Under the pieces are notes generated by a model, which was not told the DNA's origin, made no database searches, and saw only the letters and a program-made list of their open reading frames with translations. The translations under genes were made by a program, and so were the position numbers. A stretch of 64,000 nucleotides of DNA from Heterodontus francisci (lineage: Eukaryota): positions 47,823,159 through 47,887,158 of the forward strand of contig NC_090388.1 of assembly GCF_036365525.1 (NCBI RefSeq), given 5' to 3'. Below, piece after piece: positions 1-13,019 of the stretch (position 1 is its first letter; every line of letters begins with the position of its first letter).

Positions 1-217
1 ATTTGAGCTTCAGCTGGGGGGGTGGGGTGAAGACTGTAACATCAGCTTGGTGGAGCATCATAAGAATGACTCTCTAGCAGTACATTCTTTGTGATTCTGC
101 TCCCAAGAAAACATTATAGCATTGATGTATGCTCACAATTTCATCTGCGTTGAATAATGGTGTCCAATGCCCTACCCGTGTAAATTATGTGTAGTAGTGT
201 TCAGTAGTGTGTCCTAC

Positions 218-449
218 CTCCACCATTTTTGCCACAGAGGTAAGGGAATCTCCAGACATTCCCAAGTCCAATGGCGTATCCCACACAGGAAAGCAGGAAG
301 TCAAATTTTCCTTTCCAGTTCCCTCTGTATGGTAAGGGTTCACTTTTACCAGCCTGGCTGTCTGGTGGCTCCGCCATTTCCTCTGGCCTTGTCTGCCTCA
401 AGCCTGGGGGAAAACTGATCTCCAACGAAGCCTGATCTGTCTCCCCCAT
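218..449 (-). CDS. First coding exon of an SLC6 Na+/Cl- dependent GABA transporter, GAT-1 (SLC6A1)-like; gene continues off the left edge
   Basis: Translation [37 protein letters not shown] matches the GAT-1 TM1 signature (GKNGGG). ATG at 449 in strong context (GTGATGG). Phase-1 donor G|GTAGGA at 218/217. Polypyrimidine acceptor ...TTTTTGCACTTGCAG| puts the exon start at 567. Confidence 0.9.
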
Positions 450-1826
450 CACTGGATACTTTCATCTACTTCACATGGAAGGGTTTAAGACATATAAACT
501 CACAGCACAAATAAATCACAGTTCTTTGTTGGGATCAAATGTTTTGCGCTTCAGGTTTCACGTCACACTGCAAGTGCAAAAAAAAAGAATTCATAAGTAC
601 AAGTGTAATTTCAGTTTTGTTTACATTTAGTGGAGGGTGGGCAAGAAGAAACATTTTCTCAAATAAACTCAGATATATTTTTAACACTGCAGCCCCACAG
701 GAGGATGTGTGAAACCCTATCCTGCCGGGTTCTAACAAACGCTTTCCTTCAAAGGAAATGTCAAAAAATAACTGGTCTGGAGGAAAACTGACATGAAGAG
801 ATTTCAAACCTGGTGCAACACATCAGACAACTCAACAGCATAGGGACTTCTGCACTGCCATATAATGGCAAGCTTTAGTTTAACTTGACAACCCTAACAG
901 TAGCAGAGACAGTATTGATAGTGTAAGGGAACTAGATTAGCATCAATAACAAATACGGTTGTTAACCCATGGAGTTGCTTAGGCTAACAGTGTGAGGAAG
1001 CTGGATCTACATTTGTAACAAATACAGCATTAACTTCAGGTCCAATTTTAACTCTGTGGGTTTTGAGTGAGTTAAAATCGCACCCCTAGTCTCTTCAGTT
1101 GTCCCCTTATTCAGTCAGTGTAAGTAACTCCTTCCAGCCAGTTTAGAAAATAAAAGCACTGACGTAAGAAATGGCCTTACATCCTGTCCAGGCCAATCTT
1201 TCAACCAAGTCTTCCTTTGAGCTATGATCAGCAAATGATTAATTTGTCCCCAATCCCAAACCTGCTCGCCTCTGCTTCCTGCTATTATCTCTCAATGTCA
1301 TCTACACACTGAATTAAAAAAATGAAAGACATAAAAAAATGAAGAAAGTAGACATTAACCGTAATTTCTGATTTTAAAATAGATTCTCAGAGGAAGGTTC
1401 CTTAATATATGGTGGCATTTCTACAATGGCTTGAGAATTTTCTTGTTTTATGACTATATTGCCAGTTCATGGCTTCTAACCATGGAATAGTAGACCTGTG
1501 GAACCGATTGCTGGCTTGTGCAATGGACGCGAATTTGTTGAATTCCTTCAAGTGAGAGCTTAACTTGTTATTGGCAGAGACCACCTTGTTGAAATGATAG
1601 GTACTGCACAGAATTATCAGGACCAAAGTGATCTCCTGGACTAGTTTTGATTGGGAGGTCGGACAGGAATTTCCCAGATTTGTTTTGCCCTAAATTTGCT
1701 TTTGGTCTTTTGTTTTTGCCTCTCTCCCAGGAAGGGTGGAAAACACACACATATTTATATATATCTAGAGAGACACAGATGAGGTATTACAATTGTGTGG
1801 GACTGGTTGGATGAATCAGAGGATCT

Positions 1827-2180
1827 TTTAGTTTAGTTTAGTTTAGCGATACAGCACTGAAACAGGCCCTTCGGCCTACTGAGTCTGTGCCGACCATCAA
1901 CCACCCATTTATACTAATCCTACACTAATCCCATATTCCTACCACATCCCCACCTGTCCCTATATTTCCCTACCACCTACCTATACTAGGGGCAATTTAT
2001 AATGGCCAATTTACCTACCAACCTGCAAGTCTTTTGGCTTGTGGGAGGAAACTGGAGCACCCGGAGGAAACCCACGCAGACACAGGGAGAACTTGCAAAC
2101 TCCACACAGGCAGTACCCAGAATTGAACCCGGGTCGCTGGAGCTGTGAGGCTGCAGTGCTAACCACTGCGCCACTGTGCT
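1827..2180 (-). mobile_element. tRNA-derived V-SINE (HE1-like), full length
   Basis: A box GGCGCAGTGGTTAGC, B-box-like GGTTCAATTC, V-domain GTGGAGTTTGCAAGTTCTCCC...GGTTTCCTCC, (TAAAC)n tail; near-identical to other copies in the window. Confidence 0.9.
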
Positions 2181-3894
2181 GCTGTTCCTGTCTGTCATTG
2201 CTTATTCCTCTGTATGTTTGTAACTCACAATTCGAGAATTTCACATATTGTAGCTTTCCCTTCTACTGGATGTTGAGAACCAGCATAACTGGGAAGGGGC
2301 AAACAGCATCTAGATCTCTCTCATTCCCCAGTTTGCTATGATGTTACAGACTATCTTCAAGGGGTTTGCTTTTACATCAAAGACAGGATCTCATGAAATC
2401 CATGGGCCTTCTTAAAGTCTCATGTCGTCTCTAACAACTGATCGGATTAATAGGAGCTCAATGAGGAATTCTTCCCACACAACTCACTATTTCAGATTAT
2501 TTTCGAGAGTTTTCTGAGAAGAAATAATCAGAACTTGTGAACTGATTCACTGTCTATGGTTTTTAGGTATCGTGCTATTTCAGTAAATTGCAGATCCAGT
2601 AGAAAAGTCTTCCATTCATCAATGTGATACTAGTTTTGAGCCCAAAGCTTTCCTAAACAAAGCTAAACCTATATTAATGCACACAACACTTAGCAGTGCT
2701 GTTTTCATACTGTTCACACAGCTATTGCAGTACGTCTTTTCTATTTCCTAAAACTACTATAAATACCAAATGATAAAATCTTACCTTTTTTAATCAATAA
2801 TCACCTTTTCAAGAGAGATGTTGCAGTAATCTTGTATTCGTAATAGTTTACCATGTAGAAAGTTGATCACTGAGTGAATGAACGAAAAAGTAGAAATTTC
2901 ATGCCTTTAATTAGATGATTTGCACTCTTCTCTCCCTAATTTACTCCTTCCTCCTGACCCAGTTCATTCTATTTTGAGATGCATTTAATGAGTTTTGATT
3001 TGTTTGTCTGATCAGATTAGTAATTACTCCTGGTTAGGATTCTGCATGATTAGAGAATCAATATCTTATTTCTTCATGACATTATGATAATGGTGCTTCA
3101 ACTACAATCAATTTTATTTTCAGTCTGAGGTTAAATGTCAGATTAATGACTCTCACATTATTGCACATTGTGACCATATGAAAGTGGGAATGGGCTAAGA
3201 AAAAGTGCATGAGACTTAGAGATTATTCTAAGGTGGCAGATGAGGAACATATTCTGAAATTTCCTGGACGAGGCACTTCCTCACTGTTAAGGGGTATCTC
3301 AGTGGGATCATCAGCCATCGGTGCAGAACACAACTCTGTTTTCCTACGAAAAATGCACATGTATTTCTTCTCCTAAAGTAATGTGGTCATCGTGGATTGC
3401 TGTGCAATAAAGGCAGCATGGTTGCTTCCTAAATAAAGGCCACTGATATGCATCATGGTGTTCCTGTGGTCAGATACCACCAGAACAGTAATTTAAGGAC
3501 ATGAAGAGCCTGATGCCCAGGACTTCATCCAGTTTCTATGAGCAAGCCTCATGCTGTGACAGGACCACAGCCAAAGCTGTGAACTATGACAAGAGATCTT
3601 TAATAAGGAAATTTCAATAACAAAGTGAGGCTATACATGCTGACAGCAAAGCCTCAATTTTTCACCCCAAATTGCCTATTAAAGAATCAGGCACCCCAGT
3701 ACCTTATTGGCTGCCTGCCATTGGTGAGGCCTAACAAAGTCAGGACTTGAATATCACTGCAACAACAACCTGCATTTATGTAGTACCTTTAAAGTAGCAA
3801 AACGTCCCAAGACACCTCAGTTGGTGAGCATTAGACCCACGTGGGAGTAGGAAGACGTGTTGGGGCCGTGGTTGAAGGTACAGTGTAAACATGC

Positions 3895-4445
3895 CTATTG
3901 CACAGTGGTGATACTCTTGCCTCTGAGTTAGGAAGGCCATGGTTCAAGCCTCATTCTAGAATTTGAGCACAGAATCTAAGTGGATACTTTACTTGTACTG
4001 AGGGAGAACTGGACTGTTGAAAGCACCATCTTTCAGATGAAAAGTCCAGGCCTGAGGTGAATATTAAAGATCCTGTGGCACTATTTCAAAGGAGAGCTTG
4101 ATAGATTTTTCTTAGGCAGTAGTATTAAGGGTTTCAGAACCAAGGCGATAGATGGAGTTAAGATGCAGATCAGTCATGATCCAACTGAATGGCAGAACAG
4201 ATTTGAGGGGCTGAATGGGCTACTCCTTTTCCTATATTTCTATGATAGGTGTCAAGACCAGCAGTTATCCCTCAATCTACACCATCAGACAGATTAACTG
4301 GTCATTTTTCTCATTGTCATTCATAGGACCTTACTGTGTCCCATCTGCCTACATAACAACTTTGACTTCAGGTCAACAGCAATTCATTGGCTATAAAGTG
4401 CTTTAGGATGCCCTCATGAAAGGTGCAAAATAAATGTGAGTTCTG
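3895..4445 (+). mobile_element. Deu-domain (SacSINE1-like) SINE, degraded, interrupted by a CR1 3' fragment (~4095-4245)
   Basis: Shares ACTCTTGCCTCTGAG...GGTTCAAG...GTACTGAGGGAG and TTCATTGGCTATAAAG with copies at 35670, 47290 and 61130. Confidence 0.7.
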
Positions 4446-4654
4446 TCTTCTTTAACCTAGCATAAGTATAGTCCTCACTGATAAATCAAAGCATGTCTGA
4501 CTTTTAGAGCTGCTTGTCACTCAACAATCCCAGGCTGCTGATGTATTTTTCCATTCATGCTGTTCTTCAGCTACACTCTATTGAAATGGTTATATAATTC
4601 AATGTCACTTCTCCTTACATGTCCAACTGAATGGGTCAAACACTGCCCTAGGGT

Positions 4655-4940
4655 ACAGAAAAAAAAATCAAGTAAAGAGCAAAGTGCATAATGAAAAGTG
4701 TTGAAAGCTCACAGAACATACAGCAAAGAGCACAAGGCACAGAGAGCACAGCAAAGAACACAAGGCAAACAGCAAAGTGCAAAGAGTGGAAAACACACAG
4801 GCTACAACATAGAGGATCAAACAGACAGCAGAAACAAAGAGCACAAAGTAAACAGCACATAGAAAAGAATGTAGCACACATAATGTGCACCAAAAAGTAC
4901 AAATGGCAGAGCCCTCATCCCAAGAATGAATAAAACAGAG
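4655..4940. repeat. A-rich degenerate short-period repeat (AGCACA/AAAG units)
   Basis: Recurring AGCACA, GCAAAG and AACAG words; the ORFs over it are low complexity. Confidence 0.55.
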
Positions 4941-5554
4941 AGATTTGAATGGCCCTATTTGATTAAATAAAGATTACTGGGGCTTCAGCCCCGACACACT
5001 TATGCTGTTCCCAATGCAAATATTAAGGAAGCAAGTAGACTCCATTTTAATCCTTAAAGCAACATATTAATTTATATCTATCATATATTATAGATATATA
5101 TTATAGATATATATTTAAAATATCTGCACACACTTGTCACTTTTTTCCATTCTAAATTCCTATGTCCACATTGATAATTGAAGATGGAAGCTTGTCACAC
5201 TGTAATTACAGAAATGTTGCTCAATTCTGTGTCCTTTAGCTTGGACTACAGAGAAGATCCTATGTCCCAACTAACTCACCTCTACTTCCCAAATGCCATA
5301 GGCTTTGCCATTTAATTTAATAATACTTAATCAAAGTATTATATAAATATAGCAACAGAACAGACTAAAATGGGGATTGAATTCTGTTTGCAAGCCCTTA
5401 TCTAATTACCACCATCCCACACCCCCCAACCCACCTCCACTTAACCCTGCTTCACTTGGATCTAGAAATGTGATTGCACAATGCCCATTTTTTGGGACAC
5501 AAAACAGGCACTGAATGGTCCAATATGAGGTGCAGCGTAAACACACTCAAACAT

Positions 5555-6635
5555 GGGGAGGTGGTGACATAGTGGTAGTGTCACTAGTCTAGTAACCCAG
5601 AGCCCTAGGCTAATGCTCTGGGGACATGGGTTCGAATACCACCATAGCAGATTTGAATTCAGCTAATAAATCAGGAATTAAAAAGCTAGTCTAGTGGTGA
5701 TCATGAAACCATTGTCCATTATTGTAAAAACCTATCTGGTTCACTAATGTCCTTGAGGGAAGGAAATCTGCCGTCCTTACCTGGTCTGGCCTACATGTGA
5801 CTCCAGACTGACAGCAATGTGGTTGACTTTTCAATGGCCTAGCAAGCCACTCAGTTGTATCAACCCACTACAAAATCTAAGAAAAGGAATGAAACCGGAC
5901 AGACCACCTGGCATCAACCTAGGCACCGGAAACGACAACGGCAAACCCAGTCCTGTCGACCTTGCAAAGTCCTCCTTACTAACATCTGGGGGCTTGTACC
6001 AAAATTGTTGCAACAGTCTAGTCAAGCAACAGCCTGACATAGTCATACTCGCGGAATCATACCTTGCAGACAATGTCCCAGATTTTGTAGCGGTTTGTGT
6101 CTCACAAGTCAGGAGTGTGATGGAATACTCTCCACTTGCCTGGATGGGTGCAGCTCCAACAACACTCAAGAAGCTTGACACTATCCAGCACAAAGCAGCC
6201 GCTTGATTAGCACCCCATTTACCACCTTCAACATTCATTCCCTTCACTACTGATGCACACTGGCAGCAGTGTGTACCATCTACAAGATGCACTGCAGCAA
6301 CTCACCAAAGCTCTTTTGACAGCACCTTCCAAACCCATGACCTCTACCACCTAGAAGGACAAGGGCAGCAGATGCATTGGAGAACCACCACCTGCAAGTT
6401 TCCCTCCAAGCCACATACCTTCCTGTCTTGGAACTATATCTCCATTCCTTCACTGTTGCCGGGTCAAAATCCTGGAACTCCCTTTCTAAGAGCACTGTGG
6501 GTGTACCTACACCCCAAGGACTCCAGCAATTCAAGAAAGCAGCTCACCACCACCTTCTCAAGGGCAATTACGGATGGGCAATAAATGCTGTCCTAGCCAG
6601 CAACGCCCACATACCCCAAATGAATTTAAAAAAGT
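5555..6635 (+). mobile_element. tRNA-headed non-autonomous retroelement: tRNA-like head, LINE endonuclease start, LINE RT C-terminus and 3' UTR
   Basis: A/B boxes (ATAGTGGTAGTG...GGGTTCGAATACC); LLTNIWGLVPK/KQQPDIVILAESYL joined to VRSVMEYSPLAWMGAAPTTLKKLDTIQ; same 3' end as the LINE at 55070-56489; A-rich tail. Confidence 0.75.
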
Positions 6636-9600
6636 CTGTTCCAGATGTGCGTGTATGCTTTATTGGTTTGGTTGTGCAAAAATTTTGTATTTAATTAAGT
6701 GTGGTGGTAGAAGGAGCAGAAGTGGTCCTTCTGGCTCTACAATAAAACTCGCCCAACACCCCCACCCCCCCAACCACCCCCCACACCCAACCTTCTCTCT
6801 CGATTGCCTCATTTCCCCGGCTTAGCTGCTGTCTTGGCTGGCATCCCAGTCAGACGATCTTCCTCCCCCTGAACAGGCCATCTGCAGTTCCTGGTAATAA
6901 ACAAATGAGGCCAACATAACAATTTCCTGCGATCCAGCTATTTGTCTCTTTGAGCAGCAAATGTAACTATGAAGATAATTGGTGCAAAAAGCATTCAGTA
7001 AATGTATGAGCTGGAAGTTTGGGACTGAGGAATATTGATGCAATTAAAATGATGCAGAAAAAGATGGACTTGTTTGTAAACAGAAACAAGTCCTGTAACC
7101 TTTATCCCAAAAAAATGGAATAGATATATCAAAAATCAGAGACAAGTTGTGCATAACAACACTGAAAATATTTTTAAAAGCTGGAAGTCAAGTGTCTGCT
7201 CCATAATTTTTTCTATACTGTCAAAGTTGTTCAAATGGTTTGAGGTGGGAATCATATTCCCAGATCACATATTGTGCAGCTTTGATGTAAAATAAAGCTC
7301 CCTGAACATCAGTCATGTCAATGCAACTTAGACTGAGTGTCACAAAGTTACAAAGCGTAACCTTGCCAGTCTGTTGCATGCCACAGTTCAGTCACTGTCA
7401 TTACACTCAGGATTCATTTCAAGTTTGAGTTTTATTTTTGCTCTGTGTTTTCCAACTACAATCCATCTCTCCCTGCTCCTCACCCCAGGGCACATGCAAC
7501 TATGTTTGCTAAACCTCTTGCAATTACTTAAAGAGTAATTCATTGAGGCCAGTTCCTGGTAATATCAGTATTAATATTACTATTTAATAAATATATTTTG
7601 AAAACCAGTGACAGACATAAAAAACCTAAAATGCTGCTTATATTAATGACAGTTCTTTTATGCAATCATTAAACATTATAGGTTATGGAACCAGAGGTTC
7701 AAACCCCACCATATCAAGTTGTGAAATTGAACACAATGACCAAGAAATTCATTTGTATAGCACTACTTCCCCGGGGTCAGGCAGTGCTGTGGCCACTGCT
7801 TGCACGACCTGCATAACATTCGTCACTGGTATGGGCGCAGACAGCATCTGAGCGCGTGGAAACAGTGCTATGCTAACGTTACAGAGCTCAACGGGCTGAT
7901 GTGACACCAGGATACCAAAATTAGACAACGCAGGTCCTGGCTATGCCTGCGTTGTTCAAAAATGAAAAAGGAAGTGTGAAGCAGCAAGGTATCCTGATTG
8001 TAGGAAAGTAAAATTTATGAAACTTTTTCTACTGGAAAGTGTCTGAAAGTACTCTGGAGTGTTTTTCGTGGTGTTTTAGTGCATTTGCCAGGGAGTGTTG
8101 CTACATCCTCATAGAGATGGCAGAGGAGTAGGTGATCTATCCACACAAAGGCTGCAACAGGTATGAGGCCAGAAGTGACAGTGCCTCTGGATCTGTAGCA
8201 TGGCAGGGAGATAGAGCAGTGGTTGCTGCAATGACAAGCTCTGTGCTAAGTCCCATTCCAAGTTGGAGCCAAACTCCTCCATGCTTCTTGACAGTGACAG
8301 GAGTCTGCCTGGTAGGCCAAACAATGCACCCAGCATCTTGGTGTGCATGCTCATTCAGCACTCTCCTGCATGCTGCTCCATCAAGGTCCCCATCTGAGTC
8401 TTCTGCAGCAGTACTCATCTGCCACCTTGCTCTCCCATGAGCTGGCAAACGAACCATCCTTTACCCTTGGCCTATTTGTAGCCCACTCGTGCCCAGTGAC
8501 TCACCATGTGTTAATCCCAACTCTATGCTAGCCTCCAAGGTACGTGCAGTGCTATGTATCTGAGCTGGTGGCTGCGAGTGTCACATCAAATGATGAGGCC
8601 TCTTCATCAGTGCTGTGCTGTTGCTCTCTCTATTCTTTCTTGGGCTCCTGTGGATGGGCAGGTGGTAGTTCTTTGGTGTCTTAAAGCAGGAAATCAGAAG
8701 GGAAATGTTGGTATGAGGGAAGGGGTGTGTGGTGGGAAGCAAAAGGTCTGTGGTCACACCATCAGAAGCTTGCTCATCATGCCAGATAGCAGTATGAGGG
8801 TGAGCTGAGAGTGGAGAAGGGTCATAAGGCAATATGTTCTCAGGGATGCCAGAGTCTATGGGCTCCATCACAGCTGGCCCCATGATACAGAGAACCATCT
8901 CTGCTGTCGGGCTCATGGAGATGCAGATGTCCTTGCCCCCATCAGCTCTGCTGTCTTCTATTGTGTGCTACCTTGTCCTGCAAGAGAGAGGGCTGAATGC
9001 CAGTTGTTGTGTAGGACTATGTTGGATGATGTGCCTGCCACAGCTAAATAACTGGAACTGCATGCAGACAGTGAGAAGTGGGTGTGAGGCTGGCAGCATT
9101 GGTAGGTATGTAAGGGTAAGGTGGAGTATCTGGGTGTTAGGCATGAGTCCTTATTGCTGTTGGGTGAGTGATGGTAGTGTGTTGCATTGGGCAGTGTGAA
9201 AATATGGGGGATTATAATCCTAGCCCCTTTTTTGGGGCTATACCAGATCAGACATACTTCTCAGATGATCACTCTCACTTAAGGTTGAGAAAGACAGATC
9301 CTAAAGACACTTTAATGGGTCTGAAGGACTGATATAACTCTCAACAAAGGAAAGGAACCAGCTGAGTATACTAACGACCTCCAGATAGTCTTTTTAACAA
9401 GTTTCAGCCAAATTATAATAACCCGGATATTATAAGGGTCTGGGAATCTCTCCTCAGTAATGTACTGGATGTATGGAGATGGGTTCATGAGTTAGTGATA
9501 CAGAAGACAATGTGAGACAATATAAATTCTAAATTATATAGAAGTCTATTTAAAGAACCAAACATGCAATTCACAGTTGGTGAGACAGTCAATCACAATG

Positions 9601-10013
9601 TCAATAGTTTCAGGAAAAGAAAGTACAATCTTGTTTCTAGTAAGAATCCAATTTTTAAATCCAAATACTGTTGCAGTAAAATATTTAAGTAAGATATCCA
9701 ACAATTATTACAGTAAAAAATTTAAGATATCCATCAATTATTAAAGTAATATTTACCTTAAATCCCTGAGTAGAAGACTACAGAGTTTGCAAGATACGTC
9801 TGTCCCAGTTAAGGGAGAATTATCATTACCTTACTCCAATAATTGTACCTTTACTGTGAGAGACGCTGGAGCAAGTCCAACAAATCTAAAACTCCAATGT
9901 GTGCTCCCAATATTTATACTGTTTTTCAAGTTGCACAACCAATTTCATACATACATGCATTAGCTCAATTGTAAGTGAGTTTGTCCCCCTTTATTTTACC
10001 AAATAAGGCTGTA

Positions 10014-10929
10014 TGTTACAACCAGGTGAGAAAGGTATCTAGGGGTCTCTCTCAGCCTTCACCTGGTCTTACTGTAACAGAATTTTATTTTTAAACATAT
10101 CGTGTTTTAGCTCCCCCTTGGTGAATCCTTATTCACTGTTTTCCAATTATAAGGCAAAGAAATGAGCACAAACAGGCTTTCTTAGGTTTAAAGGAGAAAG
10201 ACTGAAATTTATTAACTCTAATTCAGTTGACGCCTATGGATACATAACGTGTCCATGCTAGCATGTATATGCGATACACACATGCAAATAGAGACAGAAA
10301 AGAGCAGAAGAAAAATAAAGTGGAAAGGTTTGAGGCAATATCTGAAGAGGATTTTTTTGTTACTGTGCTTCGAGCTCACTGTAGTCCTTGATTGTAGATA
10401 GATCTTGCTTTTCTTTGGGGCCCTGTATTCTTCTTAAACCTTGTTCACTGTAGGAGACTTTTCTCTCTTGGGGTTCATGTGTCTACAACAGATTCCGAAG
10501 CTGGTGAGAAAGAGATGGGAGCCAACAAGAGAGAGGTGTTCTCAGTCCAGGAGAAAAACTGCCTTCTGCCAGTTCAAAACTCTGTGGCAAGTTCAAATTC
10601 AAAAAACTCAAGTGGTCCAGCAGGTTCGTCATGTGACTAGCTGGTGCGACCACGTCCGTTTGTGTATTCGGCCATCTTAGCAGTCAACCTGGAATGCTAG
10701 CTCCTCCATCTTCAACGTCTGGTAATTAAAAGTCCATTGTGGATTGAATGTGTCAGGGAATGGTCTTTTGTCCCTTTTAAGCACTATCTGTAAATATGCA
10801 AATGTATTTCCAGTCAAGGGTCTATTTTTTTAAAGCAAGTTCTTTCTTTACTCCAGTAACAGTTTAAAATCAATGTTCATGTGGTGAAATTAATATGCCT
10901 CATTCTTGGCAGGTGGGCCCTGCATGACA
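10014..10929. mobile_element. Solo LTR (~916 bp)
   Basis: TGTTACA...CATGACA termini and perfect 5-bp TSD CTGTA (10009-10013, 10930-10934). Confidence 0.85.
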
Positions 10930-11232
10930 CTGTATAACTGTTTATTTCTAGGTAAGGTTTGGGCCTCTTTGATTTCTAAGAAAGCCAGGCTGGTAGCAAA
11001 CCGCAAGCTTCGTGATGATCAATTTTTCATTAGTCAGCTAACTGTGTTTCAAGATTATAATTCAGTTTTTGGGTTTGGTTAGCTTTGTCAAAAAATCAGT
11101 TGACTGTGGTTTCAGGCTATCAGTATAAAACTATCTTATCAAATATTACACTGTGGTAGCTTTTGTGACAGTTTGTAAAACTATTATACCAATGTTTTAT
11201 CCTGTGGTGAGGATCGTGACCTAAGGAGTGAA

Positions 11233-11988
11233 GGCACTGGTTTTTACGCCGCCCCAGTGGGTCGGATGGTGGCATGGGGGCAGCATAAAATTGAGCGGCA
11301 GGCTCTGGGAGGCCTACCCACCCCACTTCCGCCTCCGGACAAGTTTATGGCGTCGGGCGGAAGGTGGGAAACGTCCCGCCCACCCCAGGCCAATTAAGGC
11401 CCTTAAGTGGCCACTTAACGGCCACTTAAGGGCTCTCGCCCGCCTCCACTGGTATTTTACCCATGGCAAGCGGGTGTGCTGAGGACGAGAAAGGCCACCC
11501 AGCCATAACAGGCGGCCTCTCCACGCTTCGGGAGGGTGGTGGGGGGAGGGGGTGGAAGCATGGCAGTCAAGCACAGGGTGCCCGATTGAGGGCTGTCCCT
11601 TCCTACCAACCCATCCCTGAGACCCAAGACACCCCTTCCACCCAAACGACCACTCCAGCCTCACCAGAGAAGGACCGATCCCACTGGTGAGGCATGCCCC
11701 TACTTACCTTCCCTCCTCGATCCATGGCGTCGGCTGGGCTGCAGTTCCAGCCGTGGCCACTGCTCCCGGTGGTGCTGCTGGGACTAAGAGCTGCAGGTCC
11801 AATAATTGGCCGGTAGTTCACTGAGGCGGGACCTCCTCCCTCAAGTGGGTGGAAGTCCCGCCTCGGGACAATTAAAGCCTGGGGATCCGTAAAATATGGG
11901 ATGGATCCCCGGGCTAGGCGGAAGCGGGTTCACCACCGACTTTCATGTTGGAGTCCGGCTCCCGTCCATCCACCGTAAAATTCCGGCC
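11233..11988. mobile_element. GC-rich MITE (PIF/Harbinger-like)
   Basis: Imperfect TIRs GGCACTGGTTTTTACG ... CGTAAAATTCCGGCC; internal palindrome GCCCTTAAGTGGCC...GGCCACTTAAGGGC. Confidence 0.7.
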
Positions 11989-12799
11989 AATCCCTCTTAT
12001 CAGAAGCTGCCTTCACGGTTCTAAGATAAGGCAAGTTGTTTCACTCAGAGGCTCATGCCCATTTAGTATTATAAAGATGAACTTTTTAAACCTTTTAGGA
12101 AGATGAACCCTTTTTAATTTTTTTAATCCCTCATTCATAGGAAATTAACTCTTTTAACCTTATAATCCCTCATTATGGCTAGATTCCTTCACTAAAAGCT
12201 GGTATCTAGGTGGATAGGAGATGTCATGTGAGGATGCATTCATTGATCTTGACCACCCTCATGTGGTCATTAGACTTCTTGTGGCACTGCTGTCAGGTCC
12301 TCAGATCCAGACTCCAGGAGTTGATCTTCCTGGCCATCTACTCCCAGTACCTTCTGAGGGTGGTCCTTCGGGGTCTCCTCATTCCCTGTAATATGATGGT
12401 TTTTCCCTCCCTCCCACCTGCACCACTAATGCCTCCAGTGTCCCATTTGCCAGTGCCCTCTGCATGACCTGGTGTTTGTTTTTTGAGAATTTCCATTGCG
12501 CCAATCTTTTTTGCCACCTTCCCTTTAAGAGGCAGCCTACCTTTTAGAAAAAAAAAGCTGCCTGAAACACATGATCAGCAAACAACACTGGCAGCACCAC
12601 CTGCTGTGTGCAAAGCTTGCTGGCAGCGTTGCAAAGAGGAGATCAGTGCTAAAGGCCCAGGAACTTGGGCCACCATAATGGAGATGAATTTTGTGTCTTA
12701 CCCACTTCAATTTGAATGGGTGAAAGTGCACTGCAAATTGTGGCCCCTCCTGCCCAGAAATCGGGGCAATTAAATTTGACACCCAATGAGTCTGGTAAT

Positions 12800-13019
12800 T
12801 TTTGATCTATCACCAGAAGATGACCATGAAAACCATTGGATTTTAATAAAATAATCCAACATGTTCACTAACATCCATCCGAGAAGGGAACCGGTCATGC
12901 TACTTAATCTAGCCTACATGTGAATCCAGTCCTACACTACTTGGTTGACCCTTAATAACCTCAGGGCAACTAAGGATGGGCAATAAATATAGCCTTGTCA
13001 GTGTTGCCCACATCTCAAG
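12800..13019 (+). mobile_element. Shorter relative of the 5555-6635 element
   Basis: TGACCATGAAAACCATTG...CCTACATGTGA...GGGCAACTAAGGATGGGCAATAAAT...CCCACAT align with 5700-5830 and 6560-6615. Confidence 0.7.

Larger units (their letters stand above)
9197..12195. mobile_element. AT-rich LTR-like insertion hosting a solo LTR and a MITE
   Basis: Abrupt composition change inside the Harbinger-like sequence; no convincing TSD. Confidence 0.35.
7770..12785 (-). mobile_element. Degenerate Harbinger-like DNA transposon, split by a ~3-kb block of nested insertions (9197-12195)
   Basis: Minus strand near 12250-12300 reads QCHKKSNDHMRVVK (Myb/SANT-like), homologous to 14620-14670; ends approximate. 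Confidence 0.55.

Noticed and set aside
2100-2180. tRNA-like sequences at SINE heads (also 5560-5650, 36090, 47290)
   Set aside because: No complete cloverleaf; they continue directly into SINE bodies
1986-2341. Recurring ORFs such as GTACVEFASSPC and MWEETGAPGGNP
   Set aside because: Translations of the HE1-like SINE, repeated at every copy
4648-4933. Cys/Phe/Leu-rich, membrane-like ORFs
   Set aside because: Artefact of the low-complexity repeat
2770-5300. Donor-like sites (GTAAGA near 2784, GTGAGT near 5279, minus strand) as SLC6 5' UTR exons
   Set aside because: Cannot be told from chance motifs without transcript data
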